Source: Octopus bimaculoides (Eukaryota). Taken from it: a stretch of DNA of 45,592 nucleotides. Positions 12,430 to 24,605 of this stretch are shown in pieces. The notes below the pieces were generated by a model. It was not told where the DNA came from. It was given only the letters and a program-made list of their open reading frames with translations, and did no database searches. Within the stretch, counting starts at the first letter, position 1; the number at the start of each line of letters is the position of its first letter. The DNA lies in contig NC_068985.1 in the NCBI RefSeq assembly GCF_001194135.2, forward strand, positions 15,306,626 through 15,352,217, given 5' to 3'. A program made the translations under genes and the position numbers.

Positions 12430-13079
12430 CTAACGCAGCATTGACTGCAGGGTCTGTTCAACAGACAGAGCTGGTTCAGCTGGAAGTTAAAGTGGTCAGA
12501 AAACAGTAATAGAAAATATAATTGACCCAACAAGGGTGCCACAACTTAACACCTAGATCTCCCTCAAATTAGAGGAGGATACACCAGAAAATGTACTCCT
12601 CGATACACAGTGTCCGAAAGGACGCGAGGTGGTTGGTCGCGGTGGTGGTGGTAGTGGTGGAAAAAATTTGATCATGTAAGTACAGGCGTGGCCGTATGGT
12701 GACCATACTGAGAAATTTCCTTCACATGGTTTCGGGTTCAGTCCCACTGCATGTGGTAGATGGAAACTGAAAGAAGCCCATTTTTTGTGTTTGACCCCCT
12801 ACCACCACTTGAGAATCTGTGTTGGTTTATTTACCCCTGTCACTTAGCAATTCGGCAAAAAGAGTCCGATAGGGTAAGTAGCAGCTTTTAAAAAAAATAA
12901 GTACTGAGTCGATTCATTCAACNNNNNNNNNNTTTAAAAAAAATAAGTACTGAGTCGATTCATTCAACTCTTCAACAAAAGTAGCGTGAACAGGAAGTTG
13001 GGTATTTCGGAAATAAGACCGGAAGAGATATCAAAAACGAGGCTTGGCAAGTCTCTTTATTCTCTCACAAATAATTGCA

Positions 13080-13610
13080 CCTCTACCTCTGTTCCCCCTC
13101 TTCCCTTTATTGATTCAATAGTTTCTTTCCTTCTTTTTTCTATCCGTCTTACCTCCTTCTTTTCTTCAAAAGAAGAAGGAAAGAAGTAAGTGAATCAATA
13201 AAAATAGGATGAAAGAAGAGATTGGATAGATTGAAGAAAAAAGGAAATAGATAAGTGAATCAATTAAAAGGGGAAGAGAAGGGTCGGTAGGATGGATAGA
13301 AGAAAGAAGGAAAAAAAGAAAGAAATGAGATTCAATAAAGGAGAAAAAGGGAGGTAAGATGGAGAGAAGAAAGAAAAGAAAAAAGTAAATTAATAAAAGG
13401 CGAAGAGGGAGAAGGAGGTCTTATTTCTTTCCTTCTTTCTTCTGCTATCCATCTTACCTCCCCTTTTCTCCTCCTACTGCTCCTCCTTTTATTAAATCAC
13501 TTATTTCTTTTCTTCTTCCTTCTATCTATCCTACCTCTCTCTCTCTCTCTTTTCTTTTCCTCCTACTCCTACTCCTCTTTTTACTTTCTTCTTTCCTTCC
13601 CTATCTCCGT
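13080..13610. repeat. Degenerate ~65-70-bp polypurine/polypyrimidine satellite in alternating orientation
   Basis: CT-rich 13080-13165, GA-rich 13166-13418, CT-rich 13419-13610; exact 19-bp IR 13345-13363 vs 13448-13466; recurring tgaatcaataaa motif. Confidence 0.7.
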
Positions 13611-14434
13611 ACCCTGGCTAGACCGCCATTACGATCTAACACCTAACTTCTTGTACCAGGCCACCAAAAATACTTATATACATACATATATATGCATAGA
13701 TAGATAGACATATTTATCTTTCTATCTATATATACCTCCACACGTCTTCACATACATACTACCGTCTCACTTTCTGTATATATAAATATTTATGGACGGA
13801 TCCTTTTTTTAGTTTTGGGTTTGTTTGTCATCACATACATTCTACATTCTCCAAGATAATCGGAAAACAGGATTTCTATTCTTCCCCATTTTCTTCTTTT
13901 TTTCCTTCATTTCTTTCCTAATTTTTTTTTGATTTTGTTTTCCATTTTACTTTTGGCTCCTCAAAGAACCGACTGTGACAGCAATCACTATCATCATTAT
14001 TATCATTATTATCATTATTATTATTATTATTATTATTCCAGTTCTCTTCATTACATATTGATTTGATAAACCGTTCACATCTTTAGCCAGAGTCACACGG
14101 CACCAAGCTATTGATGTGACGTACGAAATCAACTCTTCTACCATCACCTCCATAATAATAATAATAATAATCACTTTCTGCTTTTTTTAAGTTCTTTGTA
14201 GTCAGGCTGTTTGGCCATAGGACACCTTAGTACTTATTCCTCTCTTTCCTTTTTACAGTTTCATTGTCAACGTGCACGCATACCGTTATATGTTTATTAC
14301 AGATCGGTCCATACATGCATATATTTTTATACATATATGTTATATAAATTGTATATATATATATATGTGTTAAAATAATGATGAAACTTTATAATGTCAT
14401 GCTAATTTTTACCCATTAAACAAGCTATTTAATT

Positions 14435-14472
<38 letters not shown>

Positions 14473-14963
14473 CATACATACGTTATACACCATATATTCG
14501 TTCATGTACTGCTTTTGTTTTTATCTTGTAACTAACTTATTGATTTAAAACAAATCTTTGTATACAAATTGCTCAATGACAAACAAACAAACCACTGAAA
14601 ATACAAGAAACCAAAGAGAAAGAACTTAAATATTCGCTACAATTCTTGGAACAATTCTAATGTTGTATGGAGTGGAAACCTAGTTAGAGACAAAAAAAAC
14701 AAAAAAAAAACAAGGCAAGCAGTGGTCAATTATATGTGATTCCAACAACAAAAGAATTAACTTTATCCTGGCAATGGTTACAAGAAATTTGATTTAAGCA
14801 GATCCATACTTTGATTCGAACCCCCTACATCTGGCTGATTGGTGGTAATCGTATAAACTACAGTAATTAATTTCTCTCTGCCTCCCTCTGTCTGCATCTT
14901 TCTAACTTAATTTTTATAAGTCTCCGGACACATTGCTTCCTTCATACATCGTTCATACAATAT

Positions 14964-14994
<31 letters not shown>

Positions 14995-15713
14995 ATGTAT
15001 ACACACGTACATGTATAATTTTACTCTTGCTTCTCAATCTATGCATATTAATAATGAACCTATGTGTGTGCGCGTAAATTTCATGTGCAGATGGCCAGAA
15101 AACCTTCCAGAGATGATACTTAATCCATTTCCTATATTTCCTAAATAACCCACCGCACAATAATGGAAAAAGTGTGTGAGTGAATGAGAAGAAGACTGTT
15201 GTTTTTTTATTAAAAGCCGCGCTTTTAAAGATTATACACTGAAAACAAACAATCCACATTCGTATACAAATGTTTGTATTTACATACACTCACGCTTTCG
15301 TATTATAAATCGCTGGATTTTGTTTTTTTAAATTGTTTTTTTCTACATACTTTTGTTTATTAATCGTTTTATATTTATATTTATACACTGTTTAACTAAA
15401 ATAATATATATATATCTATATATATATATATATATATATACCTCCTCCCTTTCTCCCTGAAAAGGAAAACCAAAAAACAAATTGCTTAATGGAGTACCTG
15501 TTATGGAGCCAATTTATAAACAAAAGATTTCAGTGCTTCTGTAACTGAGATCGTGAAAGAAAGAAAACTAAATCAAATTGCTGTTTAAATGTGTTCTATG
15601 TATAATTGATACATATATATCTTGTATTGCTAATACGCCAAAAGAAATTTTGTTTTTGCAAGGACGATACGTGGAAAAGACTACCTAAAAACTATCAGAA
15701 CGGCTGATCAACA

Positions 15714-15962
15714 ATGTCAGGTCGTGGTTCTTGGAACAAACGGTCAACTGTCGGAGTCTTTGACTTCAATGAGGATCGCAAAAAGCGTTATAAACACAAG
15801 CGGTCGCAATTTTACATGCACAAGACTGCACATTTCACCACAACTGGGCCACCATCGTCGGCCATGGTTTCATCCTCATCACCCCCAGTTGCCTCTCTAA
15901 CATCTCCATCATCTGCCGGATCATTACCATCGACGATGTTACCGTCAGCAGTAGCTGACAGA

Positions 15963-15993
<31 letters not shown>

Positions 15994-17310
15994 ACAGCAA
16001 CAGTAATAATGTTAATAATAGTAACGTAGCTTCTCATTCCGTTCTCTCCCCGAACCCATCGCTTTGTGCTACTTCCATTATTTCGCCTACTTCCACTACC
16101 TCCACTCCTATTTCTTCTCTTTCCTCGACATCCCAGCCATCGAGCAATTTGCTCTCTCGGCCATTACTGTCTGCTGTCCAGAAATCAGCAACAAGCAGTA
16201 ACAATGTGAATAGCGGATCTAATCTGCACCACCATCACCACCACCGTCAGCAACAGCAACATCTACAGATTCACCAGCAGCAGCAGCACCATCAGCATCA
16301 TCAACAACCACATCATCGTCACCTCTCTTCGGTGAACAATACTGGATTGCTAGTAGACAACAACAACACTACAAATAACAACATAAATAATTCTACTACT
16401 ACTACTGCTATTACCAACAACATCAGCGGCGGCAGCAGTTCTGCAGCTGGCAACCTTAACTGCCGACGATTACCTTCTAACAACAGTATGAATGTGACCA
16501 GTTCAGCCAGCACTTCGCTGACCACTGGTGTGGCGAATATGGGCCTCGGTAGCAACAGCCCCACAAACAATAGCAACAGTAGTATGGCGGGCAACAAAGG
16601 TATGGTGATGATGTCCCCTTGCAACATGGGGACGGCTCCTTCCAGTGTTTCCTTTCATCGTCCATTAGGTTTAAGAAACGATGTGTTAGCTTCACGTCTG
16701 CACAGTCTCTGCTCGATCAAGCCCTCGAATTCGTCGGCTCCATCGTCGACTTCGTCAGTTTCCATGATGCCATTGCCCCCAAACAGCAATCTTCCTTGTC
16801 CGAACGTTGCCAACCCTCATGCCATGACCACAACTACTGCTCTGGCTAACACCACCTCTTCTACCGGCATCATCAGCAGTGGTACTTCTAGTAGTAGTGT
16901 TAGTAATAATAACAGTAATAATAACAATAATAGTCACAGCCATGGCACGGGAATCTCCTCGTTAAACAACCTGAAAACTTGCCTTCCAGATGGCAACTCC
17001 ATCATCATGAGCAACAACAATACAACAACTTCTAGTAGCAGTAACAACAACAGTAATATTCATTGTAATAATAGCCAGATGGGCTTCAGTACAAACGCGG
17101 CAGCTATTGGTAGCAATACTAGTAACAATACTAGTAGTAACTTACTGACTGCTACTTCCGGCTCTGGACCTGTTCAAACGAATGAGACTGGCAAAACTGT
17201 CAAGAATACCAGACGCCATCACATGGCTACTGATCGAATATACGAGTTTGAATCCAGTCCCCCGACGAGCGATGTAACCGAGACCCCTGCCCAGGCGGCT
17301 GTTCTGATCG
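15714..17310 (+). CDS. First coding exon (532 codons + 1 nt, phase 1) of an unidentified protein with a long Ser/Asn/Thr/His/Gln low-complexity, probably disordered N-terminus
   Basis: 537-codon ORF in otherwise stop-rich DNA; ATG in acaATGt context with in-frame TGA at 15705-15707; canonical donor CG|GTAAGT at 17310/17311 followed by a T-rich intron; possible upstream acceptor tttttgcaag| at 15662. Basic NLS-like patch DRKKRYKHKR. No family recognised. Confidence 0.9.
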
Positions 17311-18789
17311 GTAAGTTCATGTATTGATTTTTTTTTTTTTTTTCGAAAGAAGATAATTTTTTTTCTTATTTTTTTTCACTTTGTTTTCTTTTACATGAAT
17401 CGGCTTTTATAGTACAAATAATTGTTTCTGATTTATGCACAAGGCCGGCAATTTTGAGACAGGGAGGAGGGTTCGTCAGTCGATATTATCGATCTCGGTA
17501 ATTGACTGACAGTTTAGACACCTTATCTTATTAACTCCGGAGAGATAAAAACGAAGTTGACTTCGGTGAGGTTTGAACTCAGAATGTAAAGAGCCGGAAT
17601 ACTTACTGCAAGATATTTTGTTCGACGCGCCGACGATTCAGCCTTGACCTTAAATTTGAGAGGGTTATAATCCATTATATCGATCCCAGTATTTGACTGA
17701 TACTTTATTTCATCGGCCCAGGAAAGACGATGGGTAACATTCACCTCGGGCGTGATACGAACTCCGAACTTGAAGGGCCGTAACTAATATACTGCCTGTT
17801 CTAACGGTTGTGCTTTGACACTGGTCTAGAAATTTGGGAGAAAAAACAAGAACAGAGGTCAATTAAATCGATCTCAGACCGTTCTTAATTTCCCAATCAG
17901 ATATGGAATGGTTATTGGATAAATAGATGATTTCTTAAAGTGCTACAAATCTACACATTCTTTGAGTGTTGTTAGTGGGTGGTGACATTGATTAAATCTA
18001 TTCATTGTAGTTGACTGATAAATAATTATGTTATTAATCCCTGAACAATAAAAAGACAAAGTCGACTGAGGCAGAATTTGAACTCAAGAATTCGTCTTCA
18101 CATTTCTTTTAACTAGTGTTGCTTATTGTTAACTTTCCGTGTGCTGCTCTGACGTTTTCGATATTGTTTGTTGACGATTGTTGCACAGGAAGAAAAATGC
18201 GTACGATATTTTTTTTTTCTTTTAAATATCTGGTAATTTAGAAAAGAAGAAATATTGTGACTCTTATGCCTCTGAAAAATGGGGAACCAAAATCGGTGTG
18301 TTTTTTAAAATGGCATTGATCCTGTTATCCAGTGTTTGCAGGACGAAGCGATATGATGGATGTATAAACTATCGGAACAATATATTGGTTTCANNNNNNN
18401 NNNNNNNNNNNNNNNNNNNNNNNNNNNNNNNNNNNNNNNNNNNNNNNNNNNNNNNNNNNNNNNNNNNNNNNNNNNNNNNNNNNNNNNNNNNNNNNNNNNN
18501 NNNNNNNNNNNNNNNNNNNNNNNNNNNNNNNNNNNNNNNNNNNNNNNNNNNNNNNNNNNNNNNNNNNNNNNNNNNNNNNNNNNNNNNNNNNNNNNNNNNN
18601 NNNNNNNNNNNNNNNNNNNNNNNNNNNNNNNNNNNNNNNNNNNNNNNNNNNNNNNNNNNNNNNNNNNNNNNNNNNNNNNNNNNNNNNNNNNNNNNNNNNN
18701 NNNNNNNNNNNNNNNNNNNNNNNNNNNNNNNNNNNNNNNNNNNNNNNNNNNNNNNNNNNNNNNNNNNNNNNNNNNNNNNNNNNNNNTGT

Positions 18790-19215
18790 GTATCATCATC
18801 ATCATTTAACGTCTGCTTTCCATGCTAGCATGGGTTGGACGATTTGACTGAGGACTGGTGAACCAGATGGCTGCACCAGGCTCCAATCTGATCTGGCAGA
18901 GTTTCTACAGCTGGATGCCTTTCCTAACGCCAACCACTCCGAGGGCCAGTCAGGTGGTACTGGCAACGGCCACGCTAAAATGATGTTTTTACGTGTCACC
19001 TGCACAGGAGCCAGTCCAGCAGCACTGGTAACACCCTCGCTCGAATGTTGTTTTTCATGTACCACCGGCACAAGTGCCAGTAAGGCAGCGCTGGTAACGA
19101 TCACGCTCAAATGGTGCTTTTTACGTGCCATCAGCACGGGGGGGCAGTCAGTGGCCCTGGCAACTATCACACTTGGATGGAGCTCTTAGTGCTCCACTAG
19201 CACGGATGCCAATCA
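18790..19215 (-). mobile_element. RTE LINE 3' UTR with >=4 tandem ~66-bp units
   Basis: (ATC)n tail at 18793-18806; unit marker tgg(c/t)aac at 18961, 19026, 19092, 19158. Confidence 0.85.
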
Positions 19216-20356
19216 TGTGGTGCTGTCATTGAATTTGAATTTGATTTCACTTGCCTCAACATATCCCCTACAGCAAGACACCTGTTTCTGTCTCTCTGTT
19301 TCACTATAACCTTTCATCATTTGACACAAGATCCCCTCCAATTCCCCCTTCCCCCTCAAAGAATCCTATGTCTTGCAAGTTACTTGGTAACCCTGCCAGT
19401 ACTGGTGCCACTTCCCAAGCATCTAGTCCATACTGTAAAGTGGCTGGCATTCGGAAAGGCATCCTGCTGTAAAAATGATGCCAAACTAACCTCGCCTGTG
19501 CTTGTGCTGTGTAAAAAGCACTCAGTCCACTCTGTGGAGAAGTTGGTGTTAAGAAGGCCATCTAGCATTAAAAAAACCCTGCCAAAACACACAGAAGTTT
19601 GATGCGGGCTCCTGTCAAACCATCTAACCCATGCTATCATGGAAGGAGGATGATTTGAATTCTGCAAATCTCCATCTTCACTATGCCTTAACTCACATCT
19701 GTACCAAACCATAGAGAAGTATCTTCTATCTTTTTCCTTCTTTCATGATGCTGTCTACATCCATCATGTTACGCCTGTAACTCCAATTATCTTTTCCCTG
19801 AAGAACACTCTCTGAAATCTTGGATTTTCCACTCCCTACCGCAACTTCACTTGTGTACTTTCAGTTGATTTTTCAAAATAATACATGCCTTACTGATGCA
19901 GACTACCACCTGTCTCTTTTCGATTTACCCTCTTCCTGTTCCCTCTCTCAACTGAGGGGCGGAGTCTTCATTTTGCAAGTTATTTGGTGACACCCACTAG
20001 TGTTGGCATCATGTAAAAAGCACCAGTGTCGGTGTCGGTGTCGTTAGGAAAGGCATCCAGCCTTCAAGACTGTGCCAAAGCAGACAATCGTGTCTGGTGC
20101 AGCTCTCCGTCTTGCCAGCTCCCGTCAAACTCTCCAATCCATTCCAGCATGGAAGACAGACATTAAATGATGAAGACGGTGGCCTCACTGCTGCTGGTGC
20201 CACATAAAAGCACTCAGTAGTATACTTTGTAAAGTAGTTGCTGTTAGGAAGATCATTCAGCCATAGAAACCATGCCAAAGCAGAGAGCAGGGTTTGAAGC
20301 AGTCTCCTAACTTGCCAGTTCTTGTAGAACTATGTAATTCTTGCCAGCATGGAAAA

Positions 20357-20699
20357 TAGCTTGCTTCCCAACCACATAGTTCCGGGTTCAGTCCCACTGT
20401 GTGGCAACTTGGGTAAGTGTCTTCTACTATAGCCTCGGGCCAACCAAAGCCTCGTGAGTGGATTTGGATGACAGAAACTGAAAGAAGCCTGTCATATATA
20501 TATGTTTGTGTGTCTGTGTTTGTCCCCACACCATCGCTTGACAACCGATACTGGTGTGTTTACGTCCCTGTGACTTAGTGGTTCAGAAAAGAGAGTGATG
20601 GAATAAGTATTAGGCTTACAAAGAATAAGTCCTGGGGTCGATTTGTTTGACTAAAGGCAGTGCTCCACCATAGTCGCAGACTGAAACCAATAAAAGAAT
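20357..20699 (+). mobile_element. SINE C (5' clipped)
   Basis: Colinear with 12052-12429. Confidence 0.85.
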
Positions 20700-20714
20700 A
20701 TATATATATCTTGA

Positions 20715-21031
20715 GCGTGGGGGCACAATGGCCCAGTGGTTAGAGCAGCAGACTCGCAGTCGGAGGATCGCAGTTTCGATTCCCAAATCGGACGTTGTGT
20801 GTTCATTGAGCGAAAACACCTAAAGCTCCACGAGGCTCCGGAAGGTGGGAGGGGGCAGCCCCTGTTGTACTTTGTCGCCCCAACTTTCTTTCACTCTTTC
20901 TTCCTGTTTCTTGAGTAAAGCTGCGATGGACTGGCATCCCGTCCAGCTGAGGAGGAACACATACACCATAGAAACCAGGAAACTGGGCCCATGAGCCTGG
21001 CTAGGCTTTAAAAGGGCGCATAAATAAAAAA
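20715..21031 (+). mobile_element. tRNA-Arg-like SINE with a Meta-SINE-like 3' domain
   Basis: A box TGGCCCAGTGG 20729-20739, CTCGC anticodon-like loop, B box GTTTCGATTCC 20773-20783; GCGATGGACTGGCATCCCGTCCAG...TAGAAACC (20923-20990) resembles the MetaSINE core; A-rich tail. Confidence 0.75.
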
Positions 21032-22580
21032 ATATATATCAAGCCAAGTAAAATCACAGTCGTGACAGATACTGGTGTCATGTAGATGGCACGTAAATGC
21101 ACTCATTACACTCTCAGAGTGGTTGTTGGTGTCAGGAAGAGCATCCAGCTGTAGAAACCATACCAAATCAGACTGGAACCTGGTGCAGCACTGATCAAAC
21201 TGTCCAACCCATGGACAACGGATGCTGAATGATATTGATATGTATCATCATCATCAATTATTTAACGTCAACTTTCTCATGGGTCAGATAGAGTTTATAC
21301 AAGGCTGATATTTTGCGGCTGGATACCCTTCCTGTCACCAACCCTCACCTATTTCTAAACGAGGTAATATTTCCCCATAGCCAGACATGTTCTTGCGTAA
21401 TATTGGAAATGAATTTCTGCCGAGGTTGACTTTGTCTTTCGCATACTGGAGTCAATCTAATCGACTGGCCCCTTCCCCAAAAATTTCAGGCCTTGTGTCT
21501 AGAGTAGAAAAGAATATTGGGAATGAACGACACTACTTGTATAACAGTGACAATCATTTACAATCATAACGTGATGTCAAGACACGACATGATCACACAG
21601 ACACACACACACATACATATTCAGTTCTCATCTACCAGATTCATTCACAGGGCTTTGGTCAGCCCTAGGCTTAAGGAGAAGCCATGCAGTGAAACTGAAC
21701 ACAACCAAGTCGTTGGGATGCAAACGTCTTATCACTTGGGTATGACTTGGTAGGGGTTACTCTAAGATACTAAGTGTTTTGATGGAGCAGAGACTAGTAT
21801 TACTTCTAAATATTGTTCTGCCTCAATTGACAAGACCTCTACTCAGATATGTTTGACTCACGAGCATTTGAGTGTATTAAGGACTATATAATCATACCTC
21901 TGTAACCTCACTTGGAAGCAGGTGATGGGGTGTCAGAAAGGGGTCCAGGCCATAAAAAACTCTGCCTTAAAATACTCTCATCTAACCCTTGCAAGCATGG
22001 AAAAGTAGATATTCTTTTCTATTCTAAGCACAAGGCCTGAATGGGGGGGAGTCAGTTAGATCAACCCCAGTACGCAACTGGTACTTAATTTATCGACCCC
22101 AAAAGGATGAAAAACAAAGTCAACCTCGGCAGAATTTGAACTCAGAACAAAAAGACAGATGAAATACCATTAAGCATTTTGCCCAGCGTTATAACATTGC
22201 TGCCAGCTCACCACCTTTAAAAAAGTAGATATTAAACCAATAAGATATGATTTGAAGGAAATTTGGTTGCTATTTCTATTTGTGCCTTCATGTTGCATCT
22301 TTTTCTTGTGTTCTTGTGTTCTGTATATGTGTGAGGTGCCATTTAAAGGCACTCGTGCGAGCGCATTGTACAAGTGCTTATGCCGGTGGCACATTAAAAG
22401 CACCCAGCACGGTGTAAAGTGGTTGGTGCTAAGAAGGGCATCCAGCTGTAGAAACCAGGCCCAATCAGACTGAAACCTGGTGCAGCATGTCAAACTGTCA
22501 ACCCATGCCAGCATCGAAAACAGATATTAAAGGATGATACACACACACACACACACACATACATATATATACATACACAT

Positions 22581-22915
22581 GTGAAGGTGCATGGCTCAGT
22601 GGTTAGAGTGTTGAGCTTACGACTGTGAGGTTGTGAGTTCGATTGCCGGACCAAGCTGCGTGTTGTGTTCTCGAGCAAGACACTTTATTTCACGTAGCTC
22701 CAGTTAACTCAGCCGTAGAAATGAGTTGCGACATCATTGGTGCCAAGCTGTATCAGCCTTTGCCTTTCCCTTGGATAACATCAATGGCGTGGAAAGGGGA
22801 GGTCGGTATGCATGGGCGACTGCTGGCCTTCCACAAACAACCTTGCCCAGACTTGTGCCTCGGAGGGTAACTTTCCAGGTGCAATCCCATGGTCATTCAT
22901 GACCAAAGGGGGTCT
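22581..22915 (+). mobile_element. tRNA-derived SINE (separate family, CORE-like centre)
   Basis: A box TGGCTCAGTGG, B box GTTCGATTGCC, then gtgttctcgagcaagacacttt...ctccagttaactcagc..aaatgagt; no CCA or acceptor stem. Confidence 0.65.
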
Positions 22916-22987
22916 CCTCAATACACACATAAATCTCTTGTTCTTCATATCCACATGGTCTTTAATACGTACCCATATATATATATA

Positions 22988-23130
22988 TGGCGTTAGGAAG
23001 GGCATCCAGCTGTGGAAACTCTGCCAAATCAGATTGGAGCCTGGTGTAGCCATCTGGTTCACCAGTCCTCAGTCAAATCGTCCAACCCATGCTAGCATGG
23101 AAAGCGGACGTTAAACGATGATGATGATGA
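22988..23130 (+). mobile_element. Young RTE 3' end after (TA)n
   Basis: ggcgttaggaagggcatccagc...catgctagcatggaaagcggacgttaaacg(atg)n. Other short 3' ends: 5921-6038(+), 11318-11632(+), 19970-20350(+, two), 21040-21240(+), 22330-22540(+), 24170-24345(+), 28672-28772(-), 37920-38095(+), 43845-44020(+). Confidence 0.9.
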
Positions 23131-23614
23131 TGTGTGTGTATCAGTGGCAATATTTCTGAGAATTCTTGGTCCTTGAGATTATCTCTCCTCATTTGAAGTT
23201 GGTGCCGACTGCCACCAAGCGATTGTTCTATCCTCTCTGGAGGGAAAGTTAACTTCAATAAATCAGAAATTTATCTTGTATATTATTTAATATACCATTA
23301 TTCATCTTTGTTGTTTAAATGCATACCACTGGGCAATCTGAATTATTTCTCTCGGTTCATTTTCGTTTCCTTTTTGCAAATTGCTTAGACCATAAATCTT
23401 TTCTTTTTCTATATATTGTCTCACTGAAAATAAGGTCAGATAGTTGCTGTGCTGATGATGTTTATTATGGTGAAAGCATGCACACCAGTCCTCTTAATGG
23501 CATGCCAATTTTGGAGAATTCATGATACTTGAGATTATTTCCAATTCCGATTTGAAGTCGGTACATATTGCCACCAAACAATTGTATTACCTTCACTAGA
23601 AGGTGAGTGTTTAT

Positions 23615-23735
23615 TGAGTGAAATAAACAGGCTTCTGTGTGGTCGCTAGACCTGCTAGAAATAGTAGCCAAACATTCAAATTACATTCTACTTTCTTGAA
23701 AGAAAAACTGAAGGGTACATAGATTATCTCTTAAT
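23615..23735 (+). repeat. Dispersed repeat, second copy at ~26110-26225
   Basis: aaataaacag...gtggtcgctagac(c/t)tgctagaaat..tagccaaac...ttcttgaaagaaaaactgaagggtacata shared; class not determined. Confidence 0.7.
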
Positions 23736-23763
23736 TCACTTTCATTTTATACCTGGCTGTTGT

Positions 23764-24104
23764 GCAGGTGCAATGGCCCAGTGGTTAGGGCAGCGGATTC
23801 ACGGTTTCAATTCCAGGACCTGTCGTTGTGAGTGTTTATTGAGCAAAAACAACTGCATCTCCACGACGCTCCGGCAGGAGATGGTGGTGAACCCTGCTGT
23901 ATTCTCTCACCACAGCTTTCTCTCACACTTTCTTCCTGTTACTGTTGTGCCTGTAATTCAAAGGGCCAGCCTTGTCACGCTGAATCTCCCCGAGAACACG
24001 TGTTTGTGGAGTGCTCAGCCACTTGCACGTTAATTTCACGAGCAGGCTGTTCCGTTGATCGGATCAACTGGAACCCTCGTCGTCGTAACCGACGGAGTGC
24101 CACG
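23764..24104 (+). mobile_element. tRNA-derived SINE family B (same head as 20715, different 3' body)
   Basis: A box TGGCCCAGTGG; near-identical body to the 30982-31355 copy in opposite orientation; partial deletion in the tRNA head. Confidence 0.8.
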
Positions 24105-24404
24105 AATATCTGGCTATCTATCAATCTGTGTGTGTGGAACAAGGACCTTTCTCCTTTCCTGTCTGCCAAATTACTTAGCAACCCCACTATGCTAGTAGCA
24201 CGAAAAAAGCACCGGGTACAATTGTAAAATGGCTGGCATCCAGCCTTAGAAAGCTGGCGTGGAGCGCGAGGCAATTCTGTGGGTCACGGGTTCCTGTCAA
24301 ACCGTCCAACTCATGCCAGCGTGGAAAACGGACGTTAAATGATGTATATTGAGGTCGAATATGTTTGTGTTTATTTAACTTACCCTGAATATGATAGTTA
24401 AGTT

Positions 24405-24605
24405 GGTACTACTAAAGCAGCGCGGACCCGAACGCGCAGTCGCGCGTCCGCGTTAACTAGTCTTGAGTAGTCGATCCTAACCCTAACCCTAACCCGCGTG
24501 TGCAAATAAATACGTGGTTAGGGTTAGGGTTAGGATCGACCACTCACGACTAGCTAGCGCGGACGCGCGACTGCGCGACCGGGTCCGCGCTGCTTTAGTA
24601 GTACC
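24405..24605. mobile_element. 201-bp palindromic MITE, Merlin/IS1016-like, with inverted telomeric repeats
   Basis: ~90-bp arms with 6 mismatches, starting GGTACTACTAAAGCAGCGCGGACCCG; exact 8-bp TSD GTTAAGTT (24397-24404, 24606-24613); CCTAACCCTAACCCTAACCC 24476-24495 and GGTTAGGGTTAGGGTTAGG 24516-24534 flank a 20-bp centre; very CpG-rich. Confidence 0.9.

Noticed and set aside
12887-12968. Direct 36-bp duplication
   Set aside because: The copies flank a 10-N gap exactly; typical contig-overlap artefact.
15812-16943. Antisense and alternate-frame ORFs over the main exon (poly-Leu etc.)
   Set aside because: Shadows of the AAT/AAC/AGC-rich sense frame.
20715-20790. tRNA-Arg gene (also the heads at 22581, 23764, 31355)
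   Set aside because: A/B boxes are present but there is no acceptor stem or T-run terminator; each continues into a SINE body.
24476-24534. True telomere or chromosome-fusion scar
   Set aside because: Only ~3 repeats per side, orientation opposite to a fusion, and enclosed by TIRs and a TSD.
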